Shown one piece after another: positions 28,750 to 38,571 of a DNA stretch of 64,000 bases; positions within the stretch are counted from its first letter, which is position 1, and every line of letters starts with the position of its first letter. The stretch is from Candidatus Nanoarchaeia archaeon. GTDB taxonomy: Archaea; Nanobdellota; Nanobdellia; Woesearchaeales; JANQNC01. The DNA lies in contig JANQNC010000001.1 in the NCBI GenBank assembly GCA_028279745.1, positions 914,154-978,153 of the forward strand. The letters are read 5' to 3'. The translations under genes were made by a program, and so were the position numbers. The notes beneath the pieces were generated by a model. It had not been told where the DNA came from, searched no databases, and worked only from the letters and a program-made list of their open reading frames with translations.

Positions 28750-30078
28750 ATGACACAAGATATCAAACATAAACCAGTTATGGATCTGAAAGGTGGAGAA
28801 AATAGTCATCTGAAAGCAAGGTTAAGAGCGGCAGTTGATGAAAAAGAAGAGCCATTGAAGAAGATTTTATATTCTGAAGTCTATGACCGAGGAGCAAAAG
28901 TAAGAAAACCAGGATGGACGAACATAGGAGACTTCAGTGCGTGCATGAGAACCATAACCGCACTAGATACAGTATACAAAAATTCTGAAACGCCACATAT
29001 AGCAGTTGCATCAAAACACACAAGACCTGTAGTATTAGCAAACGGAAAAACACAACTAGAAGCAGTAGTAAAAGCAATTGCAGGAGACTTAAACTCGCCA
29101 TTCGGAGGGGTTTGGGCATTAAACACACCACTAGAACAAGAAACAGCAGAGTTCATAGACAGAATGTTTATAGAGGGGGTTATTGCGCCAGAGTATGAAA
29201 AAGGAACAGCAGAATTACTAAAAGATACAAGTAAAGTAAAAATGCATCAAAACAGATTCCTACTAGAAGTTGGGTACTTAAAACCAGAAGACCTTGATGT
29301 CATAGTTGGGAAGAGTTTAACACCTGTTGCATTTGGGTGTTACATAGAGCAAGACAGAGAACCATTATTCGATGCACTAAAAGAATGTACAGTAGTAACT
29401 GGAAATGATGGAAATTCAGACATAAACTCATTAGATAGTCAGCTGATAAATGATATTAACTTTGCAGGAAATGTTGCAAGTTACCTATCCTCAAATCTGA
29501 TATTCTACGTGCATAACGGAGCGATAGCAGGATTAGGAGATGGATGCGGGGCAAGAACAGTCGCAGCAGAAAAAGCAAGAACCATGCTAGAAAAATCGGC
29601 ATACGCAGCAATAAGTGCAGACAAGGAGGTTAAGGATTATGTGTGGGATGCAGTACTTTACGACACTCCATTCACAAGAGAAGACTTTGATATAATACAA
29701 ACACCAATAGAACTAACTGCATTCTCAGATGCATTCTTCCCCAAACTAGATGGCTTTGTAGAAACATCTGGGGTGGATAGAATCAAAGAAGAATTCGGAG
29801 CAAGAGAAGTGGTTTATACAGAGAAAAAGAAAGGAAAAGAATATGATGTGACATTCATACCAAAGAAAAACAACTTCGATCCAGACTACAACCAAAGTTT
29901 GATACCAAAAGTTGTAATACAGCCCGGTGGAAGTATGGCTGATAAGCTAGTAAGGCCAATGGCTGAAAATTATGGAATTAAGATGGTATTCACAATGCCT
30001 CCAGAAGTTGGAGAAAAATATTTAGCGGGAGAGAAAGCAACAGGAAGAAGATTCTTTGGACATAACATAATGTCCTAG
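28750..30078 (+). CDS. purH: PurH C-terminal half: AICAR transformylase domain
   Basis: Starts 1 nt after the IMPCH ORF stop, different frame, own GGAGG RBS; LKGGENSH (cf. YGENPHQ), ASKHTRPV (cf. KHTNPCG), C-terminal GGSMAD…MVFT…RRFFGH (cf. GGSIRD…MVFTG.RHFRH). Confidence 0.75.
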   Translation: MTQDIKHKPVMDLKGGENSHLKARLRAAVDEKEEPLKKILYSEVYDRGAKVRKPGWTNIGDFSACMRTITALDTVYKNSETPHIAVASKHTRPVVLANGKTQLEAVVKAIAGDLNSPFGGVWALNTPLEQETAEFIDRMFIEGVIAPEYEKGTAELLKDTSKVKMHQNRFLLEVGYLKPEDLDVIVGKSLTPVAFGCYIEQDREPLFDALKECTVVTGNDGNSDINSLDSQLINDINFAGNVASYLSSNLIFYVHNGAIAGLGDGCGARTVAAEKARTMLEKSAYAAISADKEVKDYVWDAVLYDTPFTREDFDIIQTPIELTAFSDAFFPKLDGFVETSGVDRIKEEFGAREVVYTEKKKGKEYDVTFIPKKNNFDPDYNQSLIPKVVIQPGGSMADKLVRPMAENYGIKMVFTMPPEVGEKYLAGEKATGRRFFGHNIMS

Positions 30079-30090
30079 GAGGTTAAAAAA

Positions 30091-31386
30091 ATGGCAAAAG
30101 TACTAGTTATAGGATCAGGTGGGAGAGAACACGCATTAGGTTGGAAAATAGCACAAAGCGAAGAAGTTGAGGAAGTGCTTTATGCACCTGGAAATCCAGG
30201 GATGTTAGAAGGAAAATGTAAAGTTGTCCCAGTTGACGGATCAAAGATAGAGAATGCGGATGCAATATCAAACTTAATCGAACAGGAAAATATAGATTTA
30301 ACAGTTGTAGGGCCCGAAGCTCCACTGGCTGCAGGGTTAGTTAACACGCTGAATAACAGAGGGCATAATCGTGTTTTTGGACCAACAAAACAAGCATCAT
30401 TGCTAGAGTCTGACAAATTTTATTCATACGACATCATGAAAGAGATAGGAATACCTCAAGCAAACTCAATGAAATGTTTCTCAACACAAGATGCGGTAAA
30501 CGCAATAAAAATAATGTCAGAAACTGAAGGTGTTGTGATTAAAGCAAGAGGATTGACAGGAGGAAAAGGAGTAACAGTGTGTGATTCAAAAGAAGAAGCG
30601 CTTACAGAGATATCAAACCATGCTGAAAACTATGGATCACATGTGCTAATAGCAGAAAGATTATTCGGACAAGAATTTTCAGTATTTGGAATTTCAGATG
30701 GAGAACAAGTATCACCTCTAGAAATCTCAATACAGGATCATAAACCATTATTAGATGGAGACAAAGGACCGAACACAGGAGGGATGGGGGCTTACGGACC
30801 AGCACCAGTTGCATCAGCAGAAGTAGTAAAGAAAGTGGCTGATGATATAATGACTCCAGTAGTGCAAGAGATGAAGAAAAAAGGCACACCCTACAAAGGA
30901 TTCCTATATGGTGGAATGATCATGACAGAAAAAGGTCCAAAAGTAATCGAGTTCAACATAAGATTCGGAGATCCAGAATGCCAGCCAGGAATGATGATGG
31001 TAGAAAGTGACATGTACAAAGCACTATCATATGCAGTTGATGGAAAACTTAACGAAGTTGACTTTAAGTTCAAACCCGGAGCAGCATGTTGTGTTGTGCT
31101 AGCATCACAAGGATACCCTGGAAGTTATGAAAAAGGACTGCTGATAAAAGGAATAGAAGAAGCAGAACAAATCTCTGCAGTAAAAGTATTCCACGCAGGA
31201 ACAAGAGAAGTAGAAAACGGAGATGGAAGATTTGTAACAGCTGGAGGAAGAGTTCTTGGAGTTACAGGATATTCACCAGCAGGAATTTCGGAAGCACAAA
31301 AAGTGGCTTACAACGCAGTATCAAAAATAAGCATTCCAGGCGGATGGGCTTATAGACAAGACATAGCGGATAAAGCTCTGAAGTAA
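30091..31386 (+). CDS. purD: Phosphoribosylamine-glycine ligase
   Basis: MAKVLVIGSGGREHALGWK and ATP-grasp body; 431 aa. Confidence 0.95.
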   Translation: MAKVLVIGSGGREHALGWKIAQSEEVEEVLYAPGNPGMLEGKCKVVPVDGSKIENADAISNLIEQENIDLTVVGPEAPLAAGLVNTLNNRGHNRVFGPTKQASLLESDKFYSYDIMKEIGIPQANSMKCFSTQDAVNAIKIMSETEGVVIKARGLTGGKGVTVCDSKEEALTEISNHAENYGSHVLIAERLFGQEFSVFGISDGEQVSPLEISIQDHKPLLDGDKGPNTGGMGAYGPAPVASAEVVKKVADDIMTPVVQEMKKKGTPYKGFLYGGMIMTEKGPKVIEFNIRFGDPECQPGMMMVESDMYKALSYAVDGKLNEVDFKFKPGAACCVVLASQGYPGSYEKGLLIKGIEEAEQISAVKVFHAGTREVENGDGRFVTAGGRVLGVTGYSPAGISEAQKVAYNAVSKISIPGGWAYRQDIADKALK

Positions 31387-31388
31387 AA

Positions 31389-32213
31389 ATGGACTACACA
31401 CCAATATACTCAGGAAATCCAAAAGAATTCAGTTGGGTGGGATTTGGATCTGGAAGCGGGACAAATTTAGCAGCATGTGCTAAAGTTATCAAACCAGTGA
31501 TGGTTTTTTCTGATAAACCATCTGCGAAACTTTTCAAACTAGAAGAGTTAGCAGGTGTTGAACAAAAAACAATAGATGGTTTTGGGTATTGTGGGGGTTG
31601 GCAAGCAGCAAAAGGCAATCCAGTAAAAGAAGAGCAATACAAAGAAAGAAGCGTAAAATATAACGAGCTGATTCTAGAGACCTTAAAAGAGTTTGAAGAG
31701 GCACAAGGCAAACCGATAGACCTGATAGTTCTTGGCGGATATATGAGACTAGTTGGTGATTGTATACTTGAAGCATACAAAGACAAAATAATAAACGTGC
31801 ACCCGGCAGATCTTTCTATCCTGAACGAGAAGAACGAAAGAGTGTTTATCGGTGGAGATGCAGTTTATGACGCGATAAAAGCAGGACAAGAACAAACAAG
31901 ATCGTCAGTAATAATGGTAGATTCAGGAATGGATCATGGAGAAATAATTACAATGGGTCCTGAGGTAAGAACGTGGGAAGAATACACTAACGGAACAAAA
32001 GCAGAAAAAGAAGAATGCTTGAGAGAATATGCAGATGGACACCAAAGCTTACAAAAAATAAGGAGTGATCATCCAGCATTAACAACGGCAGTGGACCTTA
32101 TTGCACAGAACAAATTAGCATTAGGCAAAGAAAAAACATTCCATAACGAATGGAGAACCGTATACTTCGGTGGGAGACCGCTTGATTATAAAGGACTTGA
32201 GTTAGGGAGGTAA
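31389..32213 (+). CDS. purN: Phosphoribosylglycinamide formyltransferase
   Basis: formyl_trans_N motifs INVHPADLSILNE; N-terminal ~60 aa extension. Confidence 0.8.
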   Translation: MDYTPIYSGNPKEFSWVGFGSGSGTNLAACAKVIKPVMVFSDKPSAKLFKLEELAGVEQKTIDGFGYCGGWQAAKGNPVKEEQYKERSVKYNELILETLKEFEEAQGKPIDLIVLGGYMRLVGDCILEAYKDKIINVHPADLSILNEKNERVFIGGDAVYDAIKAGQEQTRSSVIMVDSGMDHGEIITMGPEVRTWEEYTNGTKAEKEECLREYADGHQSLQKIRSDHPALTTAVDLIAQNKLALGKEKTFHNEWRTVYFGGRPLDYKGLELGR

Positions 32214-32219
32214 TTGAAA

Positions 32220-33386
32220 ATGGGAAAAGATACAGCAGATTACGAAGAAAGTGAAGAGATTGCGATAGCATCAGGGAAAAAAGCATTAGAAAGAGCGCCT
32301 TGGTTATTCAACAGAGTGAATCCAAAAACAAAAGGATTCTTTGTAGAACTAAGAGATAATCAAATAATACACCCAAACTATTCCTCTGTACATTGTGTTG
32401 ATGGAAACGGAACAAAACTATTTCTTAGTGCGTGGTCAGATAATTATAGAAAAGCAATGACTGATGGAATTGCAATGAATGCAAATGACATGGCAACAAT
32501 AATAAATGCAAAACCAAGCGAGTTGGAACTTTATATTGCATGTCAGCAAGGAGTTGAAGTAAATTATATGGGTCAGATAATGGATGGTTTAGTTGATGCG
32601 GTAGAAAGGATAAGAATACCAAATGCTCCGTGGGACATGAATATAGGAAAGATGGAAACTGCATCGGTGGATGAAATGATCTCGCTAGGAGTAAAAAATA
32701 AAGGGGTTGACTTTGGGATAGTGATGGTTGGTTACATAGCAAAAGATGAGATACCAAACTTAAATCCAAAACCAGGACAACCGATTGTTGGAGTAAGTTC
32801 AACTGGGCTGCACAGTAACGGGTTTACTGGAGCAAGACATGTACTTTTCATATATGACCCAGCGCTAGAATATAGGGAAGAATGGAAGGGACAATACCGT
32901 GGTAGATTCAAGCCAGATGACAAACCAGACATCCTTGAAGGAAAAACAGTGATGGAAGCATTGCAAGAACCAACTGCTCTTTACATGAAAGAAGCAGCAT
33001 TAGTGGGGCAAAGCTTCGACACAAAGGAGATATATGGTGTGAACATAACGGGGAATGGTTTGATGAATTTCAATAGAGTTGGAGAAGGAGTGTCATTCGA
33101 AATAACAGACCCGATAGAAATGCTTCCAATACACAAATTATTAGCACAAGAATCAGGATGGGATCCTGAAACATCCTACAAAAAACAAAACAATGGGATG
33201 GGTTTTGCTTATATTGCGCCTGATATGGAAACAGCAGAAGGAATTGTTAAGTTAGTGAACGAGGCGGGTGAAAATAGAGCAAAGATTGTTGGAGAAGTCA
33301 GAGACAACAAAGACAAAGAGATAAAAACAACAATCCACAAGCCATACGAAGGAGAACCGATAACCTTTACAGGTTATAACGGTTAA
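32220..33386 (+). CDS. purM: Phosphoribosylformylglycinamidine cyclo-ligase (AIR synthase), long form
   Basis: VDGNGTK and GVSSTGLHSNGF motifs of PurM; ATG 32220 preferred over in-frame TTG 32214. Confidence 0.8.
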   Translation: MGKDTADYEESEEIAIASGKKALERAPWLFNRVNPKTKGFFVELRDNQIIHPNYSSVHCVDGNGTKLFLSAWSDNYRKAMTDGIAMNANDMATIINAKPSELELYIACQQGVEVNYMGQIMDGLVDAVERIRIPNAPWDMNIGKMETASVDEMISLGVKNKGVDFGIVMVGYIAKDEIPNLNPKPGQPIVGVSSTGLHSNGFTGARHVLFIYDPALEYREEWKGQYRGRFKPDDKPDILEGKTVMEALQEPTALYMKEAALVGQSFDTKEIYGVNITGNGLMNFNRVGEGVSFEITDPIEMLPIHKLLAQESGWDPETSYKKQNNGMGFAYIAPDMETAEGIVKLVNEAGENRAKIVGEVRDNKDKEIKTTIHKPYEGEPITFTGYNG

Positions 33387-33408
33387 TTTTTATTTCTTTT
33401 TTTTAGAA

Positions 33409-34191
33409 TTATTCTACATTAATCTTAACAGTAACATTATCTTCAGCGATGTTGTCAAAAATGTCATAGACTCTAGCACTTAGAAGGTAGTTCTTATTAG
33501 GATAACTAGAGGCATCAATAGTTGCAGTGTAAGGAGGATCTCTATCTACTCCAATGCTTGTATGGTTAAAGAAAAAATTAACTTTCTTTATGTACTCAGA
33601 TGCATTTATGCTAACTAAAACAGTATCTTCCTCAGTAACTTCTTCGTTATTAGAAGGATTAAGGATTTTTATAGATAAATAGTGTTCTTTTGCAGTACAA
33701 GTACAGTCAGAACTGCAGGTTTCATTAAATGAACAACCTGTTGGAGATGCAGAAGGATCACACATCTCACCTTCAGAAATAATTCCATCATCGCAAGTAC
33801 TTAGACAGACACAATCAACACACATAAAACCTTCATCACACCCATTAGGATCTGCTAAAGCATCACAAACTTCATTTTCACCTATAATTCTGTCAGGCAC
33901 ACAAACAGTTTCAGTGTTGTTTGTAGATATATTAACAGTTTCAGAATTGTTTAATGTTTGGTTAGTGTGTGTAATGTTTATTGTTTCGGTAACGTTAACT
34001 GTTTCATTAACAATAACATTTGCTTGGTTGTCATAAGTAATATTTACTTCCTCTGTAACATTTAATGTGGTGTTCTTAGGGATACTTTCAGCTTTAGGTG
34101 CATCGGCCCAGACATCATCGTCAGAGCTAATAGACTGAGCACAACCTGTAATAAGGATTGTCAATGCTAAAAGTATGAATAAATATTTCAT
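33409..34191 (-). CDS. Secreted/lipoprotein-like protein with N-glycosylation-sequon-rich region and Cys-rich module
   Basis: Signal MKYLFILLALTILITGCAQ; dense N-x-T/S sequons (NVTE, NITY, NETV, NVTE, NITH, NQT, NNS, NIS, NNT); ~20 Cys in CxxC/CxC arrangement. Confidence 0.5.
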   Translation of the reverse strand: MKYLFILLALTILITGCAQSISSDDDVWADAPKAESIPKNTTLNVTEEVNITYDNQANVIVNETVNVTETINITHTNQTLNNSETVNISTNNTETVCVPDRIIGENEVCDALADPNGCDEGFMCVDCVCLSTCDDGIISEGEMCDPSASPTGCSFNETCSSDCTCTAKEHYLSIKILNPSNNEEVTEEDTVLVSINASEYIKKVNFFFNHTSIGVDRDPPYTATIDASSYPNKNYLLSARVYDIFDNIAEDNVTVKINVE

Positions 34192-34269
34192 CTTGTAATA
34201 AATTAAGTTTAAGGTTTTTTATATCTTTCTATTACAAATAGTTATAAACTAATATAACTTCTTACAAAT

Positions 34270-34992
34270 ATGCAAGAAAGAATACAGAAAATAATGGCAA
34301 ACAGGGGATACTGTAGTAGAAGAAGAGCTGAAGAGCTAATTGCAGAAGGAAAAGTAAGAGTTAATGGCAAATTAGTGAAGATAGGGGACTCAGCCGATAA
34401 AAACAAGTGCAGGATTACAGTAAAAGGAATTAAGCTGAAGAAGCCTGTTAGATTGTATTTTGCATTAAACAAACCGAAAGGTGTTGAATGTACATTAAAC
34501 AGCACTTCTGGGAAAGAGACAGTTGTATCTTTAGTTAAGACTAAAGAAAGAATCATTCCAGCAGGAAGACTGGATGTTGATAGCAGAGGACTGATATTGT
34601 TAACAAACGATGGAGGGTTTGCAAACAGGGTGATGCACCCCAGCTATGAACTAGATAAAGTGTATAAGGTCAAGGTAAAAGGAGAGGTCCCAACTGAAAA
34701 AATTGAATTAATGAGAAGAGGCATGGACATAGGAAAGGGGGACATAACAAGTCCTTGTGAAATAAAACTAATCAAACGAAGCGCAGACACGACTATGTTG
34801 ACCTTCAAAATACATGAAGGAAAAAATAGGCAAATAAGAAGGATGATAGAGAAAATAGGATTTAAAGTCATAGATCTTTTACGAATAAGAGTGGGAAACA
34901 TTACACTAAGAGGAATAGCTGAAGGAAGATATGTAGAAATAAAGAAAAAAGATCTAAATAATCTAAAAAGAAAACTGAAACTTATTCAATAA
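34270..34992 (+). CDS. Pseudouridine synthase, RsuA/RluB family (S4 domain + catalytic domain)
   Basis: S4-like N-terminus RANRGYCSRRRAEELI, catalytic GRLDVDSRGLILLTNDG with conserved Asp. Confidence 0.85.
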   Translation: MQERIQKIMANRGYCSRRRAEELIAEGKVRVNGKLVKIGDSADKNKCRITVKGIKLKKPVRLYFALNKPKGVECTLNSTSGKETVVSLVKTKERIIPAGRLDVDSRGLILLTNDGGFANRVMHPSYELDKVYKVKVKGEVPTEKIELMRRGMDIGKGDITSPCEIKLIKRSADTTMLTFKIHEGKNRQIRRMIEKIGFKVIDLLRIRVGNITLRGIAEGRYVEIKKKDLNNLKRKLKLIQ

Positions 34993-36751
34993 CTGCTTTA
35001 ATTCTTCTAACACCGCCAGAAGAAGACTGTTCTTTTTTAATCTTAAAATGACCAATCTCAGAAGTGTTATTTACATGAGGTCCACCGCAAAGCTCAGCAG
35101 AGAAATCACCGATCATGTACACGCTTACTTTATCTCCATACTTATCTTGGAATTCAGACTGAGCACCAAGTTTATTAGCTTCCTCTACTGACATCTCTTT
35201 TCTCTCAACAGGAAGAGCTTCCATGATCTTTTTATTGACTAAATCTTCCACTTCCTGCTTTTCTTCATCTGTAAGTTTTCTATCAAAGTTAAAATCAAAC
35301 CTTAATCTTTCAGGTGTTATGTTGGAACCTCTTTGCTTGATGTCTTTTGATAACACACGTCTCAATGCTTCTGCTAACAGGTGTGTTGCAGTGTGAAGCT
35401 TTTTAGAAATTTCAGAATCATCAGCCAAGCCACCTTTGAATTTCTTCTCAGCGCCTTTTCTAGACAGTTCTTGATGTTTCTTAAATTCTTCATTAAAACC
35501 TTTAACATCAACCTCAATTCCCTTTTCATTTGCTAACTCTTCAGTCATTTCGATAGGGAATCCGTATGATTGGAATAATAAGAATGCTTCTTTAGCAGAA
35601 ATCTTATTGTCAGAACCCATCTTATTGAATTCTTTAAGCCCTGTTTCAATAGTTCTGCCGAATTTTTCAGATTCTTTACTTAATTCATCAAGAATGAAAG
35701 ATTTGTTTTTGTTTAACTCCTCGTATTCATCTTTGTACTGTTCTATGATCAGTCTAGCAACCTCGTTTGTAAACTTAGCGGGCTCAGGAATACCTAAAGA
35801 TAAACAGTGTCTAATGCTTCTCCTGATAAATCTTCTAACAATATAACCTTGATCAACATTTGAAGGAGAGATCTTTCTTTCATCACCCATGATAAAAACA
35901 GCAGATCTCATATGATCTGCAATGATTCTCATAGAAACTGTGTAGTTTGGATCATCGTAACTTTTGTTTGACAATTCTTCAATCTTTTTTATCGTAGGTT
36001 GGAAAAGTTCTGTTTTGTAGTTATCATCCAAACCTTGCAAGATTGCAGTAACTCTTTCAACACCTAAACCTGTGTCTACGTTTAGTTGTTCTGCAGGTTC
36101 GTATCTTCCATCTTTTGTCTTAGTGTACTGCATAAAAACATCATTCCAGATTTCTACCCAATCTTTATTGTCTGGATCAAAGGTTTCAGGTACGGGGTCT
36201 TTTCCAGTCCAGTAAAACATCTCGGTGTCAGGACCACAAGGACCCGTTTCACCAGCAGGACCCCACCAGTTATCCTTTTTTGGTAAAAAAGTAATTTTGT
36301 TTTCAGGAAAGCCCAAGCTTTTCCAAACTTCGTAAGCTTCAGTATCTTTTTCAGAATCATCGTCACCTTCAAAACAAGTAACTGCTAGTTTCTCGATAGG
36401 AAAGTTAAGCTGTTGTGTAAGAAATTCAAAGCTTATCTTTATTGCATCTTCCTTGAAGTAATCACCTAAGCTCCAATTGCCAAGCATCTCAAAGAAAGTG
36501 TGGTGGACTTTGTCACCAACCTCATCAATATCTCCAGTTCTAACACACTTCTGAACATCGCAGAGTCTTTTACCTTGTGAGTGTGGTTCACCTAGTAAGA
36601 ATGGAACCAAAGGATGCATACCTGCAGTTGTAAATAGAACTGTAGGATCGTTTTCAGGAACCAATGAAGATGAAGGTATCCTCTTATGATCCTTACTTTC
36701 AAAGAAACTTAAGTACAGTTCCTTTAGTTCTTTAGCTGTTTTAATAGTCAT
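34982..36751 (-). CDS. alaS: Alanyl-tRNA synthetase (catalytic + editing domains, no C-Ala domain)
   Basis: FTTAGMHPLVP, HHTFFEMLGNWSLGDYFK class II AlaRS motifs; editing-domain zinc motifs HTATHLL and CGGPHV; 589 aa. Confidence 0.8.
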   Translation of the reverse strand: MTIKTAKELKELYLSFFESKDHKRIPSSSLVPENDPTVLFTTAGMHPLVPFLLGEPHSQGKRLCDVQKCVRTGDIDEVGDKVHHTFFEMLGNWSLGDYFKEDAIKISFEFLTQQLNFPIEKLAVTCFEGDDDSEKDTEAYEVWKSLGFPENKITFLPKKDNWWGPAGETGPCGPDTEMFYWTGKDPVPETFDPDNKDWVEIWNDVFMQYTKTKDGRYEPAEQLNVDTGLGVERVTAILQGLDDNYKTELFQPTIKKIEELSNKSYDDPNYTVSMRIIADHMRSAVFIMGDERKISPSNVDQGYIVRRFIRRSIRHCLSLGIPEPAKFTNEVARLIIEQYKDEYEELNKNKSFILDELSKESEKFGRTIETGLKEFNKMGSDNKISAKEAFLLFQSYGFPIEMTEELANEKGIEVDVKGFNEEFKKHQELSRKGAEKKFKGGLADDSEISKKLHTATHLLAEALRRVLSKDIKQRGSNITPERLRFDFNFDRKLTDEEKQEVEDLVNKKIMEALPVERKEMSVEEANKLGAQSEFQDKYGDKVSVYMIGDFSAELCGGPHVNNTSEIGHFKIKKEQSSSGGVRRIKAVIE

Positions 36752-36788
36752 AGCTAAGATTGTTAATTATTGATATTTAAAGGTTTAG

Positions 36789-37208
36789 TTAGAATCTGCC
36801 GTTAATTTTCCTGACATAAGCCTCAAACTCTTCCCTGTCAAAATGGTTCGGGTTAATGTAGACTGCCAGTTGAAGATCATTTTGTTGGATGTGGCTAAAA
36901 AGATCGGGTGTGTCAACAAAAGCAAAATAGTTATTGCTATTGCCTCTATTTTTTCTACTTTCCATTCCAACCTTGAGAAGAAGATCTCTTATTTTATTAC
37001 TATAAGTCTTAACTTGACTGAATGAAACTCCAAGAACTCTCTTGTCACCTGGGGCAAGAGTAACTTCATTCATCAGAGCTTTTTCAATTAAGCTAATGTC
37101 GCACTCGGTCAGGTTTCCATTGACCTCGGCGAGATGATGGGTGTGGGGGTATAAAGATTCAACTCTTACTTCAACTCCTCTTCCAGTATATTGTTTGATT
37201 GCCCCCAT
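36789..37208 (-). CDS. Hypothetical protein
   Basis: ORF only, no recognisable motifs. Confidence 0.4.
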   Translation of the reverse strand: MGAIKQYTGRGVEVRVESLYPHTHHLAEVNGNLTECDISLIEKALMNEVTLAPGDKRVLGVSFSQVKTYSNKIRDLLLKVGMESRKNRGNSNNYFAFVDTPDLFSHIQQNDLQLAVYINPNHFDREEFEAYVRKINGRF

Positions 37209-37326
37209 TTTAGGCTATAAATGGATTATTATATATAAACCTTCTGGGGATAGTTCCTTTAAAGTAGTAACATTTATATAGTAGAAGTTGTTTTTAGCTA
37301 TTATAAAGCTTAAGGGGGTAATTATA

Positions 37327-37551
37327 ATGGCATTAGGAAAATTATTCATAGCATTACTATTGTTGGGAGTTGCATTATCAATAGTATATGTAAACATAGA
37401 CTCAACTGCAGCAGCAGATGTTGAAGTTGAATCAGAAAACAGTGTTGAATGCAGACTAAACTGTGACGGTTACTGTTCAATCGACAGAAGATTAAACTGT
37501 GGAGGATTCTGTGACCAAGAAAGACAAGAAGTCTGTTCATGGCACGAGTAA
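37327..37551 (+). CDS. Small secreted cysteine-rich peptide (~74 aa precursor)
   Basis: ATG 37327 preceded by AAGGGGG RBS; signal-like MALGKLFIALLLLGVALSIVYV then acidic segment and 8 Cys (CRLNCDGYCSIDRRLNCGGFCDQERQEVCSWHE). Confidence 0.45.
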   Translation: MALGKLFIALLLLGVALSIVYVNIDSTAAADVEVESENSVECRLNCDGYCSIDRRLNCGGFCDQERQEVCSWHE

Positions 37552-37577
37552 TTTTTTTATTTTTTTAGAGAGTAAAA

Positions 37578-37997
37578 ATGGCGTTTGATAATATTAAAAC
37601 ATACATTATTGCTTTGGGAGTATCAATAGGGATCCCTCTTTTGGTTGCGAGGGGGTGTACTATGCTTTTTAATAATAAACAGATTGTTAACCCTGCCTAT
37701 AAAACAGTTTCTTATGCAACCGGTTTAAATGGTCATATTGAATATACTAGATATTCTGATGGCTCGCAAGATGTTAAATCGTATCCTGGTGTGGGTCATA
37801 GAATGTGGGATTCTGAATTACAACAAGACTTAGATGGCGATGGCTTGATAGATAGAATACGAAGGAATGGTGCTGAGTGGAAAGCAAACAGTCTTAGAGA
37901 GATTTTGGTAAGAACAACAGATTATCAAGCAAACAAGGGACGGTTTGATAAAGCAGATAAAAGACTTCAACTCCTTATGGAAAAGTACTCTAATTAA
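37578..37997 (+). CDS. Hypothetical membrane-anchored protein
   Basis: ORF with N-terminal TM. Confidence 0.4.
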   Translation: MAFDNIKTYIIALGVSIGIPLLVARGCTMLFNNKQIVNPAYKTVSYATGLNGHIEYTRYSDGSQDVKSYPGVGHRMWDSELQQDLDGDGLIDRIRRNGAEWKANSLREILVRTTDYQANKGRFDKADKRLQLLMEKYSN

Positions 37998-38100
37998 CTT
38001 TGGTGATTATTATTCTAAATCCCAATAATATTTATAAAGAAAGCAATAAAAGCACAATATGTTGTATTGAAAATAAATCATAACACACAACATATAGAAA

Positions 38101-38571
38101 ATGCGATGTCCATACTGCTCAAAAACTGATACTAAAGTAGTAGACAAAAGAGATTCTGAAGAAGAGCCAGTAATTAGACGAAGGAGGGAATGCCTTAAAT
38201 GTGGTAAAAGATTTACAACATATGAAAGAGTAGATATGGTAGATCTAACAGTGATAAAGAAAGACGGAAAGAAAGAACAGTTTGACAGAGAAAAGTTGAA
38301 AAGAGGGATGTTAAGAGCAGCAGAAAAAAGGATAAGCATGGAGCAGATAGACAAAGCGATAGATGAGATCGAATCAACATTAAGAAAAAAGAATACAACA
38401 GAAATCAAAGGGCCGCAGATAGGAGATCTAGTTATGAAAAAGTTAAAGAAACTAGACAATATAGCTTACATAAGATTTGCGTCAGTCTACAGAGAGTTTG
38501 AAGACTTGACAGACTTACAAGGCGAGATAAGAGAAATTATCAAGAAAGAAAAGAGTAAGAATTCTAAATAG
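38101..38571 (+). CDS. nrdR: Transcriptional repressor NrdR (zinc ribbon + ATP-cone)
   Basis: MRCPYCS…RRRECLKCGKRFTTYE zinc ribbon followed by ATP-cone; 156 aa. Confidence 0.85.
   Translation: MRCPYCSKTDTKVVDKRDSEEEPVIRRRRECLKCGKRFTTYERVDMVDLTVIKKDGKKEQFDREKLKRGMLRAAEKRISMEQIDKAIDEIESTLRKKNTTEIKGPQIGDLVMKKLKKLDNIAYIRFASVYREFEDLTDLQGEIREIIKKEKSKNSK

Noticed and set aside
34982-36751. Whether bacterial-looking AlaRS/RsuA/NrdR indicate the contig is bacterial (e.g., CPR)
   Set aside because: GatD/GatE, CDC48 with N-domain, archaeal PCNA, KGQ-type prepilins, tRNA introns at non-canonical sites and TATA-box promoters argue for an archaeal host. The bacterial-type genes are interpreted as acquired.
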